This document shows, piece after piece, positions 62,579 to 64,000 of a stretch of DNA of 64,000 bases. The position numbers and the translations under genes were made by a program. The notes under the pieces are model-generated. The model searched no databases. It saw only the letters and a program-made list of their open reading frames with translations, and was not told the DNA's origin. The stretch spans positions 1-64,000 of the IMG/VR virus record IMGVR_UViG_3300023184_004198; one strand, given 5' to 3'. Position 1 is the first letter of the stretch. The number at the start of each line of letters is the position of its first letter.

Positions 62579-63357
62579 CGCCAGTATGTTTCTTTTCTTG
62601 GTGCCACTAGATCTGACAAGTTGCTGCGGCCACTGCCTTTGCGTTTGCCTTTAAGATGATCAATATATCCTCCCCAATCACAGTTGATCAAGGGGTGACC
62701 CTCGCCCATTTGCAAGTGTGCTGTCCAATTGAGTTCTGCCAGTCCACTGCGAGCTTTTACCGCATCAAACACAAAACTGTCGTGCCATTCTTTCAGAGTA
62801 AAGATGCCATTCTCAGCGTCATCATACATGCGTTGAAACTCTGCCAAGAACTTTTGCACAGGTTCTCTGGTTAGATTCATACCGTATAGGCCACATTCAC
62901 TGAATTTGTTACTGCGACCTGCATAACACAGTTCACGATCTGCAGGAAAGAACTGATCCAATCGTTGCACAGTGATTGGTGAGTGGCATACCATGTCAGC
63001 GTCCATCCAAATCAACCAGTCTGTTTGGGCATGTTTGGCAGCATGAAATATAGCATACACTTTGTGACTGAATCTCACTGCTTGCCATTTGAATGATTTA
63101 CGTTCGCTACCAGGGCCATTATCGCCATTGGCCTTGGGCACGTTGCGCCATTTGTTTTTGAATGCCACAAGATCAGCACTTGCCCCTTCCAAGTCCAACA
63201 CTTGTAAATTGGGCGCTGATGTTTTAACACGACACCCTTCGGCGTATACTCGGAGCATGACATCCCGGGGCCATGTTTGTAAAAAAGTGTCAATCATGCG
63301 CCGACCGTAGGTATTGTAACCGTCGGCATTAAAAGTGGTAACTACAGTGTATTTCAT
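62575..63357 (-). CDS. GT-A glycosyltransferase-like protein
   Basis: VVTTFN...RFSHKVYAI...LIWMDAD...SECGLYGMN...WHDSFVFD...DHLKG. ATG 63357 lies 5 nt after TAAATA. Confidence 0.75.
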   Translation of the reverse strand: MKYTVVTTFNADGYNTYGRRMIDTFLQTWPRDVMLRVYAEGCRVKTSAPNLQVLDLEGASADLVAFKNKWRNVPKANGDNGPGSERKSFKWQAVRFSHKVYAIFHAAKHAQTDWLIWMDADMVCHSPITVQRLDQFFPADRELCYAGRSNKFSECGLYGMNLTREPVQKFLAEFQRMYDDAENGIFTLKEWHDSFVFDAVKARSGLAELNWTAHLQMGEGHPLINCDWGGYIDHLKGKRKGSGRSNLSDLVAPRKETYWR

Positions 63358-63362
63358 AAGCG

Positions 63363-63368
63363 TATTTA
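63363..63368 (-). promoter_or_regulatory. Late promoter box TAAATA, 5 nt before ATG
   Basis: Minus strand TAAATA-cgctt-ATG (ATG at 63357). Confidence 0.7.
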
Positions 63369-63370
63369 CA

Positions 63371-64000
63371 GTGATCAAATCCATAGCCTATTTTCCTGCC
63401 CAGTGTGCGCTAAATTCCAAACCTGTAATGGCAGCGTTTTTGGATTGTTGTCAAGCCGCAGGTATACAAACACAAGAGAATTCCCGGACTGCTGATGCCG
63501 CAGTGATTTGGTCAGTGTTGTGGCACGGTAGGATGCGGCCTAATCAACAGGTGTACGAACACTATCGCAGCCAAAACAAGCCTGTGATTGTGATAGATGT
63601 TGGTGCGCTGTATCGTGGGCAGACTTGGAAATTGGCAGTTAATCATATCACTCGGGATGGGTATTATGGACATTATGACAATTTGGATTGGGGTCGACCC
63701 AGACAATTGCAAATCAGTTTGGCCACACAAGTCAATCCAGGACCAGAAATCATCATTGCCGCACAACATCAAAAAAGTCTACAGGTTGCTGGAATTGGTA
63801 ACATGGAATCATGGGTGTTGATGCAAATTCAACAACTACGTAACTCTACTGATCGTCCCATACGCATACGTGCGCACCCACGTAGTCCACTACGCATGCC
63901 ATACATACCCGACAACGTCACAATAGAAGTTGCACAGCCTGTGGCCAACACTTACGACAACTTTGACATGCACTTCAACTGTCATGCTGTGGTAAATCAC
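63371..64000 (+). CDS. Capsule_synth/KpsS-like GT-B protein (paralog 4), 3'-truncated by the window; not in the ORF track
   Basis: Open frame from GTG: MIKSIAYFPAQCALNSK...IVIDVGAL...IIIAAQH...IRIRAHPRS...HAVVNH, with no stop before the window end. Confidence 0.65.
   Translation, partial: MIKSIAYFPAQCALNSKPVMAAFLDCCQAAGIQTQENSRTADAAVIWSVLWHGRMRPNQQVYEHYRSQNKPVIVIDVGALYRGQTWKLAVNHITRDGYYGHYDNLDWGRPRQLQISLATQVNPGPEIIIAAQHQKSLQVAGIGNMESWVLMQIQQLRNSTDRPIRIRAHPRSPLRMPYIPDNVTIEVAQPVANTYDNFDMHFNCHAVVNH

Noticed and set aside
1-64000. Stop-codon reassignment, as seen in some jumbo phages
   Set aside because: Core genes are full length under the standard code, and TAA, TGA and TAG all appear as terminal codons.
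1-64000. tRNA or rRNA genes
   Set aside because: Intergenic gaps are short and I saw no cloverleaf or T-loop consensus. tRNAscan was not run.
55798-64000. Glycosyltransferases as a DNA hypermodification system
   Set aside because: The families are surface-glycan types behind late boxes, and no hydroxymethylase, TET/JBP or queuosine-pathway genes are in the window. Nucleoside LC-MS is needed to exclude it fully.

Overview
This window is a segment of a large T4-related myophage genome, not a bacterial chromosome. It uses the standard genetic code. I found no rRNA, tRNA, CRISPR array, integrase or transposase. The style of the MCP, gp32 and UvsX sequences recalls distant T4-like jumbo phages; this is recollection, not a database result. 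Layout: (i) 1-21952: end of a scaffold gene, major capsid protein, a TPR-glycosyltransferase, a sialyltransferase-like gene, three very long Gly/Asn/Thr-repeat fibre genes, a 1318-aa structural gene, NUDIX, and gp15- and gp14-like genes. (ii) 22047-32135: neck gp13, exonuclease, dNMP kinase, HNH, sheath, tube, gp4 and a probable small terminase. (iii) 32156-39499: probable capsid-internal proteins, including a 1150-aa modular protein, and a secreted nuclease. (iv) 39515-64000: core genes (gp17, gp32, uvsX, uvsY) interleaved with six radical SAM genes, a 2OG-Fe(II)-like, SGNH-like, sulfotransferase-like and SDR gene, a cytidylyltransferase-cupin fusion, three methyltransferases and seven glycosyltransferase-like genes. 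Main hypothesis (inference): a late-expressed virion glycosylation and glycan-tailoring system, with the N-x-S/T-saturated fibres as likely substrates. Other signals read directly from the sequence: TAAATA boxes 4-5 nt before ATG at eight genes (probable leaderless late mRNAs), two genes with an apparent AUU start, T4-like capsid-targeting N-termini, and a structured leader RNA at 2526-2600.
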